DNA of 54,319 nucleotides from an uncultured Bdellovibrionales bacterium (GTDB lineage Bacteria; Bdellovibrionota; Bdellovibrionia; Bdellovibrionales; JAGQZY01): NCBI GenBank assembly GCA_965368905.1, contig CBDUOS010000003.1, positions 1 to 54,319 of the forward strand, read 5' to 3'. Shown piece by piece: positions 1 to 7,311 of this stretch (position 1 is its first letter; each line of letters starts with the position of its first letter). The notes under the pieces were generated by a model. It saw only the letters and a program-made list of their open reading frames with translations, ran no database searches and was not told where the DNA came from. The position numbers and the translations under genes were made by a program.

Positions 1-283
1 GAACAAAGGAAACCACGGCACTGACGTTCCTCCTAGTGGTGGAGCTGGTGCTGAAAGTGCTATCGACAAGCAGGTGAAACAAGCCTTGGCCGATCGTGAG
101 CGCGCTGCTGGCGCCGCTGGTCTCGATCGCAATGCTTTACAAGATGCTTTGAACCGCAACCTTGGTCAAACCGGTGGTAACAATCAAGACATGCTGATGC
201 GTGCTTCTTACTTTCCCGGCCACTCCGAAGTTTACATTTGGATGCACCAGCGTTCTGATCTTCTTGATGAACAGGGAAAATAA
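1..283 (+). CDS. C-terminal part of a hypothetical protein (truncated by window start)
   Basis: Frame open from nt 2 (NKGNHGTDVPPSGGAGAESAIDKQVKQ...) to TAA at 283; no family recognised. Confidence 0.6.
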   Translation, partial: NKGNHGTDVPPSGGAGAESAIDKQVKQALADRERAAGAAGLDRNALQDALNRNLGQTGGNNQDMLMRASYFPGHSEVYIWMHQRSDLLDEQGK

Positions 284-318
284 ACTCCCAACCTCTTTTC
301 CATATTTATAGACAAATT

Positions 319-346
319 CACCCTAGGTTCTTTCTGAGCCTAGGTG
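319..346 (+). terminator. Hairpin after the first CDS (possible terminator or stabiliser)
   Basis: Stem cctaggttc/gagcctagg; no clear U-tract. Confidence 0.35.
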
Positions 347-381
347 TTGGTCTAGAAGTGCCTAAAAATGAGAATTTTCTC

Positions 382-408
382 TAAAGTCCCATAGTGAAAC
401 ACCGATGA
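382..408 (+). promoter_or_regulatory. Sigma28 (FliA) promoter of the first flagellin
   Basis: TAAA-N15-ACCGATGA versus consensus TAAA-N15-GCCGATAA, directly upstream of a flagellin. Confidence 0.8.
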
Positions 409-450
409 GCCAGTTGATAGGAAAATGCCCTATGGAGTTATTGAACTCCT

Positions 451-490
451 GCATCAACGGAAATGATGTACTAATACTTTCAAGGAGGAA
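451..490 (+). promoter_or_regulatory. Putative CsrA-binding sites in the flagellin leader
   Basis: ACGGA in the loop of hairpin catca-acggaaa-tgatg, plus AAGGA in the SD. Confidence 0.55.
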
Positions 491-493
491 GTC

Positions 494-1339
494 ATGGGCC
501 TACGAATTAATACAAACACGGCGTCTCTAAACGCACAAAGAAATTTGTACGGAACAAAGATCGCCTTAGATAAGAGCTTAGAGAAGTTGAGTTCTGGGTA
601 TCGCATCAATAGAGCAGGTGACGATGCTGCAGGATTGGCAATCTCTGAAAACTTGCGCGGACAAATTCGCGGACTAAAAGTGGCATGGAGAAACGCCCAA
701 GATGGTGTCTCAATGTTGCAAGTCGCGGAAGGTGGAATGCAAGAAATCTCAAACATTCTCATTCGATTGAGAGAATTGGGAGTGCAATCTGCATCCGACA
801 CCATCGGGCCCGTCGAAAGACAACTTATTGATGTCGAATATCAACAACTGGTCGACGAAATCGATCGGATCGCTGATAGCACCGAGTTCAACGGAACACC
901 ACTGTTAAGTGGAACAGGTGCCATCCTTGATTTCCAAGTGGGAACAAGAAATGATCCTAATATTGACCGATTGAGTTTTGATGCTTCAAAAGCAGATGCG
1001 AACTCAGCCGCATTGGGTGTGAACTTAACATCCGTGTCTGACAAAGCATCGGCGCAAAACTCGCTGGCCGCAATTGATGAAGCGATTGTCGCAACATCAG
1101 CTATGCGTGCCGACTTTGGAGCTATGCAAAACCGATTGATGTCAACCATCAACAACTTAGCAATTTCATTGGAGAACATGGCAGCCGCAAACAGTCGAAT
1201 TCGCGATGTGGATGTTGCTGAAGAGACAGCCAATATGACGAAGCAGAACATCTTGCTTCAGGCTGGAACTTCGGTCCTTGCACAAGCGAACCAGACAGCG
1301 AAAGCTTCACTCCAACTCTTGAACAGCACCTTCTCTTAA
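494..1339 (+). CDS. fliC: Flagellin (short, 281 aa)
   Basis: LRINTN, LSSGYRINRAGDDAAGLAISE, QNRL, SRIRDVD, LAQAN motifs; SD AAGGAGG. Confidence 0.98.
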   Translation: MGLRINTNTASLNAQRNLYGTKIALDKSLEKLSSGYRINRAGDDAAGLAISENLRGQIRGLKVAWRNAQDGVSMLQVAEGGMQEISNILIRLRELGVQSASDTIGPVERQLIDVEYQQLVDEIDRIADSTEFNGTPLLSGTGAILDFQVGTRNDPNIDRLSFDASKADANSAALGVNLTSVSDKASAQNSLAAIDEAIVATSAMRADFGAMQNRLMSTINNLAISLENMAAANSRIRDVDVAEETANMTKQNILLQAGTSVLAQANQTAKASLQLLNSTFS

Positions 1340-1510
1340 TCGAGAAGGTTACGGTCTCTTAGGTCGTTGAAGGTGACTTAACATCGCCTTCCAACCCCTG
1401 CGCGAGGCCGCTATTGATCTCATAGACCTGTGTTTCTCCTTGAGCACGGGTCACCTGCTCGTTCGGGGGCCATTGATTCCTTTGGTCCCTGATTTTAACG
1501 ACGAGCCCAC
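1340..1510 (+). ncRNA. Candidate structured 3'-UTR RNA between the flagellins
   Basis: Successive GC-rich hairpins; G-U pairs favour the + strand; pyrimidine-rich loops. Confidence 0.35.
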
Positions 1511-1624
1511 CACCTGGATTCTCCCATTAAAAAACAAAATAAAAACTAGACTCGATCAAATTGATTCACTTTCCGATTAAAACTTCGACAGAATAAAAAG
1601 CTTTTGTTTTGAGAGGAATTTAAG

Positions 1625-2458
1625 ATGTCATTAAGAATTGCGACCAACTTACCTTCGATCAACGGTCAACGTCAGTTGTTCAATACCAACCAATCGATGA
1701 TGAAAGCCCTGGAGAAACTCAGTTCAGGCTACCGAATCAATCGAGCGGCCGACGATGCTGCCGGACTCGCAATCTCTGAAAACTTGAGAGCCCAAATTCG
1801 TGGACTCAAACAAGCCAATCGCAATGCTCAAGATGGCGTTTCAATGGTTCAGGTCGCTGAAGGTGGTCTTTCTGAGATCAGCAATATGCTTATTCGTATG
1901 CGAGAGCTAGCGATCCAAGCCGCCTCGGACACTGTCGGTGATCGAGAACGAACCTTTACCGATGCTGAATTTCAACAGTTAAAAGATGAAATCCAACGAG
2001 TGTCTGAAGTCACAGAGTACAATGGCACGCCCCTACTGAGTGGTATCGGTGGACTATTAGAATTTCAAATTGGCGTGCACAACGACCCTTTCAATGATCG
2101 AATCTCCTTTGATGCAGCGGCAGCCAATGCCAGCACAGGTTCGCTTGGCATGATTGCAGAAACTGTCTCTTCCAAGCAAGGGGCTCAAGCGACCCTGGGC
2201 GTGATTGATGATGCCATGTTAAAAGTGAACGCCATGCGGGCCAATTTCGGAGCTCTCCAAAACCGTCTGGTCTCGACCATGAACAACTTAAATGTGGCTC
2301 ACGAGAACTTATCAGCCGCCAACAGTCGAATCCGCGACACAGACATGGCAGAACAAACAGCGGAGTTAGCGAAACAAAATATTCTAATGCAATCGGGTGT
2401 TTCTGTTTTAGGACAAGCCAACCAAATTAAAAATTTGGCACTGAAGCTTTTGGGCTAA
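1625..2458 (+). CDS. fliC: Flagellin (short, 277 aa)
   Basis: Same N- and C-terminal flagellin motifs; paralog of 494..1339. Confidence 0.98.
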   Translation: MSLRIATNLPSINGQRQLFNTNQSMMKALEKLSSGYRINRAADDAAGLAISENLRAQIRGLKQANRNAQDGVSMVQVAEGGLSEISNMLIRMRELAIQAASDTVGDRERTFTDAEFQQLKDEIQRVSEVTEYNGTPLLSGIGGLLEFQIGVHNDPFNDRISFDAAAANASTGSLGMIAETVSSKQGAQATLGVIDDAMLKVNAMRANFGALQNRLVSTMNNLNVAHENLSAANSRIRDTDMAEQTAELAKQNILMQSGVSVLGQANQIKNLALKLLG

Positions 2459-3043
2459 TTATTTTAAACCGTCATCACACATTTCAATTGTTTTAGTCTC
2501 ATCCATCCCATAACGATCACGGGTCGCGGCAGAAGCTGAAATCCATCCCGCTACACCGGCCACAAATGTTGAGTCGGTCGTGCTACCAGGGGCCAAGTTG
2601 ATAGTTCCGCAAACAGCTGGAAATACCCCAGCAATGCCAAGAACACCAGGGCCACCCGTTGGCATTTCTTTCCAAGTTTTGAAGTTTGGGCAATTGCCTC
2701 CGCAGTCGCAATCGGCAAGTGTTCGCCAACAGGCGGAGTCGGTATTATAGGCTGTCTCCCCAGGAATAGCATTGGGGTTGTCATCCGCTCTGAATCGGTA
2801 ATTCAATTCACCAGTGGGAGCAAAACCTGTCCCCACCATATTCCCAGGAAACTGTCCAAACTCGGTGCGTGCCGATATTGCCGCTGCGTAGTATCCATTT
2901 AAAAGAGCAAACCCTTGCTTTTGGCGCGCTCTTGCTCGAAACGATTTATAAGAAGGGAAAGCTATAAGGGAAATCACGGCGATTATCGCCACCGTTATCA
3001 TCAATTCAACAAGTGAGAATCCTTTTGCATTTTTCACTGCCAT
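2459..3043 (-). CDS. Type IV pilin-like protein (prepilin N-terminal cleavage/methylation motif)
   Basis: KG/FSLVELMITVAIIAVI class III signal; Cys-containing C-terminal domain; SD AGGAG. Confidence 0.9.
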   Translation of the reverse strand: MAVKNAKGFSLVELMITVAIIAVISLIAFPSYKSFRARARQKQGFALLNGYYAAAISARTEFGQFPGNMVGTGFAPTGELNYRFRADDNPNAIPGETAYNTDSACWRTLADCDCGGNCPNFKTWKEMPTGGPGVLGIAGVFPAVCGTINLAPGSTTDSTFVAGVAGWISASAATRDRYGMDETKTIEMCDDGLK

Positions 3044-3077
3044 TATAACTCCTACTTTTAGAAATTATTTTAGCATA

Positions 3078-3111
3078 AAAAAAGACCGAAGTTTGAGTGA
3101 TAACTTCGGCC
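3078..3111 (-). terminator. Intrinsic terminator of the 3172..4647 gene
   Basis: Stem ccgaagtt/aacttcgg followed by a T run on the minus strand; second hairpin tggtgcc/ggcacca nearer the stop codon. Confidence 0.7.
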
Positions 3112-3171
3112 CACAGCATACGGGAGATTTATTTGGTGCCCCAAGGTCGAGGCACCACTCACTTTTATGTT

Positions 3172-4647
3172 TTATTGCGAGACTACGGACCCTCCGCCAG
3201 CCTCTACGATCTCACGTGGGTCGTACTGGAACCACATGTCAAAGGCTGTTCCAAGCTTGGGTTTTCCATCGTCAGACTGAAATCCTACAATTGATTTATA
3301 GGCAATATCGTTTCCGTACTTATCAGTCTCAAAGAACTTCTCATTGGGAATCAAGTGGATATAAGTGATTCCAAAGCTCGACAAAGGTGCAAGTTCGGTA
3401 CGCATCTCTTCAGCGGTATCAACATTTCCATCACCATTTAGGTCATGCCACAAGCGAAGCTGAGAGAACACAGCATCGTTTGAGTCGATATAGCCATCTG
3501 AAATCGTGTTATTTGCATCACCGGCATTGCCAAGATCGTACTTCTGTAAGGCATGGAACCCATCCTTAGCAAAAGGCTGACTGTTACTGGGACCGAATGT
3601 ATTGTCGCCAAACAATTGGTCAATACCAAGAACTTGTCCGTTGGCATTCGGAAGAGCCAAGAATCTGTAACGTCTTTGTTCGCTACGAGTCCAACTCATC
3701 TTTTGGAACTGAAAGTTCTTACCACTGTCATTGATATGAAGGAAGTCACCATCATCCAAGACTGTTTGTGGTTGCTGACCAAGAAGGTTGAATCCTTCAA
3801 AGTTAGCACGCTGTTGAAGATCATCTGTGTCAACGCCAGCAACAGGCTCAGGGTTTGTTAGGTTAAGGTCTCCACTTTGAAAGTAGCTGTCATCAGAATT
3901 CAAAAGTTCTTCTTCTGAAGCATATTGGATACCTTCTGAGTCGATCATAAGTGGATCACCGCCGCCGTCGCCGCCGCCGTCGCCACCACCGTCGCCACCA
4001 CCGTCGCCACCACGGTCATCCTCGTCATCATTATTAGTCTGACAACGTGCCATCCAAGGACGTGTTTGACAGTTGATTACTGGATCTGGGGTATCAACAA
4101 CTGGAGGACGAGGAGGCTCAACCACTGGGGGTTCAACCACAACCACACAACGAGAGTTGTCTCCGCTAAGAACGTCACAACGTTCACAGCTACGAGAAGG
4201 GCGATCGACATTGTCTCCAAAGAATATATATTGATTGTCTTGGTCACAGCGCTGAACTTCACAAATAGGAACTTCTACGCCCTCGACCATTCGCGTACCT
4301 TGGGCCAAACAAGGACGACAACGAGTGTATGTTCCATTTCTCCGTAAAACTTGAAAACGCCCGTCCGGACAAAATTGAAATGGTGGAAGAGGTGTTGGTG
4401 TATCAACAACAACCACCGGCTCATCGGGTTCATCTACATCGTCAGTCGAAACAATTCCTTGATCAGTTTGATCAGGACCTTGAAACGAGGTTGACGGCTC
4501 GTCAAATACTGGATTCTTAGATAAATGGGCATCTTGCTCTGAACCTGAAAAAGATTGGAACTGGTTACAGTTCGTAATTCCAACTAGGATCAAAACTAAG
4601 ACCGCAGATCTAATCACTCCGTTAAATGTGCTCTTAGTTAAGTTCAT
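3172..4647 (-). CDS. Putative lipoprotein with Cys/Pro-rich stalk, GGDG linker and C-terminal FrpC-like Ca2+-dependent self-processing (Asp-Pro) module
   Basis: Signal peptide ending ITNC27; 10 further Cys; D231-P232-L; LFGDNT, FAKDGFHAL, IDSNDAVFSQLRLWHDLNGDG motifs resemble the FrpC SPM. Confidence 0.75.
   Translation of the reverse strand: MNLTKSTFNGVIRSAVLVLILVGITNCNQFQSFSGSEQDAHLSKNPVFDEPSTSFQGPDQTDQGIVSTDDVDEPDEPVVVVDTPTPLPPFQFCPDGRFQVLRRNGTYTRCRPCLAQGTRMVEGVEVPICEVQRCDQDNQYIFFGDNVDRPSRSCERCDVLSGDNSRCVVVVEPPVVEPPRPPVVDTPDPVINCQTRPWMARCQTNNDDEDDRGGDGGGDGGGDGGGDGGGDPLMIDSEGIQYASEEELLNSDDSYFQSGDLNLTNPEPVAGVDTDDLQQRANFEGFNLLGQQPQTVLDDGDFLHINDSGKNFQFQKMSWTRSEQRRYRFLALPNANGQVLGIDQLFGDNTFGPSNSQPFAKDGFHALQKYDLGNAGDANNTISDGYIDSNDAVFSQLRLWHDLNGDGNVDTAEEMRTELAPLSSFGITYIHLIPNEKFFETDKYGNDIAYKSIVGFQSDDGKPKLGTAFDMWFQYDPREIVEAGGGSVVSQ
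3955..4011 (-). repeat. In-frame 12-bp tandem repeat encoding GGDG units
   Basis: ccgtcgcc(g/a)cc(g/a) units encoding GGDGGGDGGGDGGGDGGGD. Confidence 0.9.
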
Positions 4648-4677
4648 TAAAAACCTCCTGCTTCTACATGTACTAAG

Positions 4678-4693
4678 AGCAACAGTGATACCA
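4678..4693 (-). promoter_or_regulatory. Sigma54 -24/-12 promoter
   Basis: Minus strand TGGTATCACTGTTGCT = GG-N10-GC, about 30 bp upstream of the ATG; SD GGAGGT follows. Confidence 0.7.
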
Positions 4694-4767
4694 ACGATGC
4701 CAAAACCACTGAAAACAAATTAAACAATGAAGTGAGTTTTCACCTGTAAAAAAGTTCGACGATTCAC

Positions 4768-4815
4768 GTTTCATATTGAAACAACTGGGGTTCTCTTGTG
4801 TATATTCTATACACA
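4768..4815. promoter_or_regulatory. Two palindromes, candidate activator sites
   Basis: GTTTCA-tat-TGAAAC (4768-4782) and TGTGTATA-ttc-TATACACA (4797-4815). Confidence 0.45.
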
Positions 4816-4916
4816 TGCATAAGACAAAAAACGGCTCTGGCGCAGCTTTCCCGTGGAGTTTTATTTTAAAAAATGAGATAATTTAAAGACTTACTCGGAT
4901 TTTTTTAGGGGGAAAT

Positions 4917-6404
4917 TTGCTGAAATGGAAATCGGTGGTGTTGATTTTTTCGATCCCCTGCCTTCTTCTTATATTTCAAAACTGTGGACGAGGCTTCGAA
5001 TCCAATAGTGGTGCTGTCAGTCTGTCTTTTTGCAAACTTCAGCCAAATCAACCATCTCCATTCGTTTCAAGTAAAGTTAGAATTAAGAAAACGTTTTTTT
5101 CGGCTCAGCAAAAGCTTTCAGCAGCCACCACTAAACTCTCTATTATTGTCGATGTGGCTTGTCACAACTCCCTAGATACCGACCATCAGTTTCTTGGACA
5201 AAAGATCGAGCTCAGTAAGACTCAAAAGAAAATGCGAAAAGCCGCAGCCACTCTTAATCTGACTACAGACTCTACTGCCGAAAACCTCGAAGAGGCCTTA
5301 GACGAGAATCCTTGCATGCTTGGAATCGCAGAAAACATGGATGTCAAAAGAAGTCAGACATTTCAAGCCAGCGCCGTCAATGATCCCCAGTCGGGCCAGC
5401 AAAACCATATCTCATTTGTTGGACACGATGAAAGCCAGTCCCTACAAGCGACCATCACCGAAAAAGTCGTGGTCGCCTTTGTCGATAGTGGTGTCGACTA
5501 TAATCACCCTGACCTTAGTCCTCGGATGTGGGATGATGGCAATGGCAATCACGGTTACAACTACATTGCTCTCAACAATGATCCAATGGATGATGATGGC
5601 CATGGAACCCATGTTGCTGGGATCGTCGCAGCCGTCGAAAACAATTCTTATGGTGTCGCCGGACTAACCGGTGATTACGTCGAGATTATGGCGGTTAAAG
5701 TTTTAGACAGCAACGGAGCTGGCTCTTCGCAAAATGTTTACAACGGTATTCAGTACGCGATTCGCAATGGAGCCGATATTATCAACCTCAGCGTCGAGGC
5801 CCAAGGTCAAAACTCGTTAATGGAAGACGCCATCACTGATGCCATTAATGCGGGCATTGTTGTTACAGCTGCAACCGGCAATCAGAACCAAGAGATCACC
5901 ACTAATAATTTATACGCACCAGCCTATATTGGTCCTAGCCTAGGGGGAGTTATTTCAGTGGCTTCGGTGGATGTGGTGAACAGAAGTCTTTCCAATTTTT
6001 CAAACTTCAGCACGACTTTTGCTGAGATATCCGCCCCCGGCGCAGAAAACTCGGCCAATACCAATGGTGGAATTCTATCGACGACACTGGGTGGTGGGTG
6101 GACCCGAATCCGGGGAACATCCCAGGCCACTCCAATGATCACGGCTGCAGCGGCACTTTTAATCGGATACCTGAAGACCAATGAGGTCGACTATACTCCC
6201 ACAGGTATTGAAAACTTTATCCGTACCGATGGCAGCGGTTCCAATCAGCTTTTGCTTCCCTATGTCAACGGAGGCAAAATGGTACACATTGGATTTTTAG
6301 CGACCAACCTGGAAGAGTATTTCTCAAACCCCAACAATCTATCAGGCGAAACTTTTGGTGGAAATGAAACAACTGGTAATGCCTGCGTCCTCAATGCGCC
6401 TTAA
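4917..6404 (+). CDS. S8 (subtilisin-family) serine peptidase, secreted/lipoprotein
   Basis: Catalytic motifs VDSG, HGTHVAG, GTSQATP; LLIFQNC signal. Confidence 0.95.
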   Translation: MLKWKSVVLIFSIPCLLLIFQNCGRGFESNSGAVSLSFCKLQPNQPSPFVSSKVRIKKTFFSAQQKLSAATTKLSIIVDVACHNSLDTDHQFLGQKIELSKTQKKMRKAAATLNLTTDSTAENLEEALDENPCMLGIAENMDVKRSQTFQASAVNDPQSGQQNHISFVGHDESQSLQATITEKVVVAFVDSGVDYNHPDLSPRMWDDGNGNHGYNYIALNNDPMDDDGHGTHVAGIVAAVENNSYGVAGLTGDYVEIMAVKVLDSNGAGSSQNVYNGIQYAIRNGADIINLSVEAQGQNSLMEDAITDAINAGIVVTAATGNQNQEITTNNLYAPAYIGPSLGGVISVASVDVVNRSLSNFSNFSTTFAEISAPGAENSANTNGGILSTTLGGGWTRIRGTSQATPMITAAAALLIGYLKTNEVDYTPTGIENFIRTDGSGSNQLLLPYVNGGKMVHIGFLATNLEEYFSNPNNLSGETFGGNETTGNACVLNAP

Positions 6405-6419
6405 TATTGTCCACTGACT

Positions 6420-6446
6420 TGAAATATTCAGTGAAATCACCGATCA
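6420..6446 (+). promoter_or_regulatory. Putative sigma28 promoter
   Basis: TGAA-N15-ACCGATCA; resembles the flagellin promoter. Confidence 0.5.
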
Positions 6447-6462
6447 TAAGTATTGGTGATTT

Positions 6463-7308
6463 ATGTCGATAAAAACTCGTAAGTGGATTTTAATTGTTGA
6501 TCAAGATGAAAAGCACAGAAAGTCGCTCATCGATACTCTCAACACTCATTTTGGAAAAGACATTAAGGTTGTTGAGGCTGAAGATGGCCTGGCCGCTATT
6601 TCTAAAATTAAGAATCAGACTTTCCACTTGATTATTACAGAGTGGAATCTACAGAAACGATCCTGTGAAGAGCTGATTGAATCCACACGAGCCAATCCCT
6701 TCAACCAGACCACTCCAATGGTCATACTTTCAGATGAAAAAATTCCAAATCTCGAAAAAAACTTTGAATTTGTAAATCTCATTCTCAAACCCATCGAAGC
6801 TTTTGAGTTTGCAAAAGTGATCCGCAACCTTTTTAGCCTCGGTTCAACAGAGAAAATGATCTCGGCTAGTATTTTCTCAAGTCTTCTAGACTCCTCGCTA
6901 GCCTTTCTCAAAGAATCCCTCAAAAGAGATGACTTTAAGTTGGCCGAAATGAAGTTGAAAAACCGTGGAGAAACTGTTGAGGGCGATTACGCAGCGATTA
7001 TAAATGTTTACATCGGTAAAGTTTCGAATACCTTTTCCGTTCTTTGTAGTGAATCCACTCTGAACGCGGTCCGTGATGGGTCTGAAAAAATCTCAGGATC
7101 GTCTCTTGAAGTCATATGTAAATCTTTAGGCTATGTTATTCTCAAGCACGTTCTAACCGACTGTGGAATCATCAATCACAATGAAGTTCATACCAAAGAC
7201 ATCACCCAGGATGCCAGTGTTCTCACATCAAAAAAGGGTATCATAGTTCCTATAACTGCTGATGGTATCCAATACACGATATTCGCCACCACCAAAGGTG
7301 GCGATTAA
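6463..7308 (+). CDS. Receiver-domain protein (atypical) with possible CheX-like C-terminal domain
   Basis: ILIVDQD, EAEDG, LIITEW, VILS, LKP receiver pattern; C-terminal GDYAAII.. region reminiscent of the CheX fold. Confidence 0.7.
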   Translation: MSIKTRKWILIVDQDEKHRKSLIDTLNTHFGKDIKVVEAEDGLAAISKIKNQTFHLIITEWNLQKRSCEELIESTRANPFNQTTPMVILSDEKIPNLEKNFEFVNLILKPIEAFEFAKVIRNLFSLGSTEKMISASIFSSLLDSSLAFLKESLKRDDFKLAEMKLKNRGETVEGDYAAIINVYIGKVSNTFSVLCSESTLNAVRDGSEKISGSSLEVICKSLGYVILKHVLTDCGIINHNEVHTKDITQDASVLTSKKGIIVPITADGIQYTIFATTKGGD

Positions 7309-7311
7309 GGC

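Noticed and set aside
454-1251. Antisense ORFs over the first flagellin
   Set aside because: Shadow frames of a conserved gene; no motifs
1528-1580. Sigma28 promoter for the second flagellin (TCCGATTA at 1572)
   Set aside because: No TAAA-like -35 at 15-bp spacing
3955-4011. Tandem repeat as CRISPR array or RTX nonapeptides
   Set aside because: No spacers; in-frame 4-residue GGDG units, not GGxGxDxUx
4838-4853. Sigma54 promoter for the subtilase (TGGCGC...)
   Set aside because: The -12 element reads CC instead of GC
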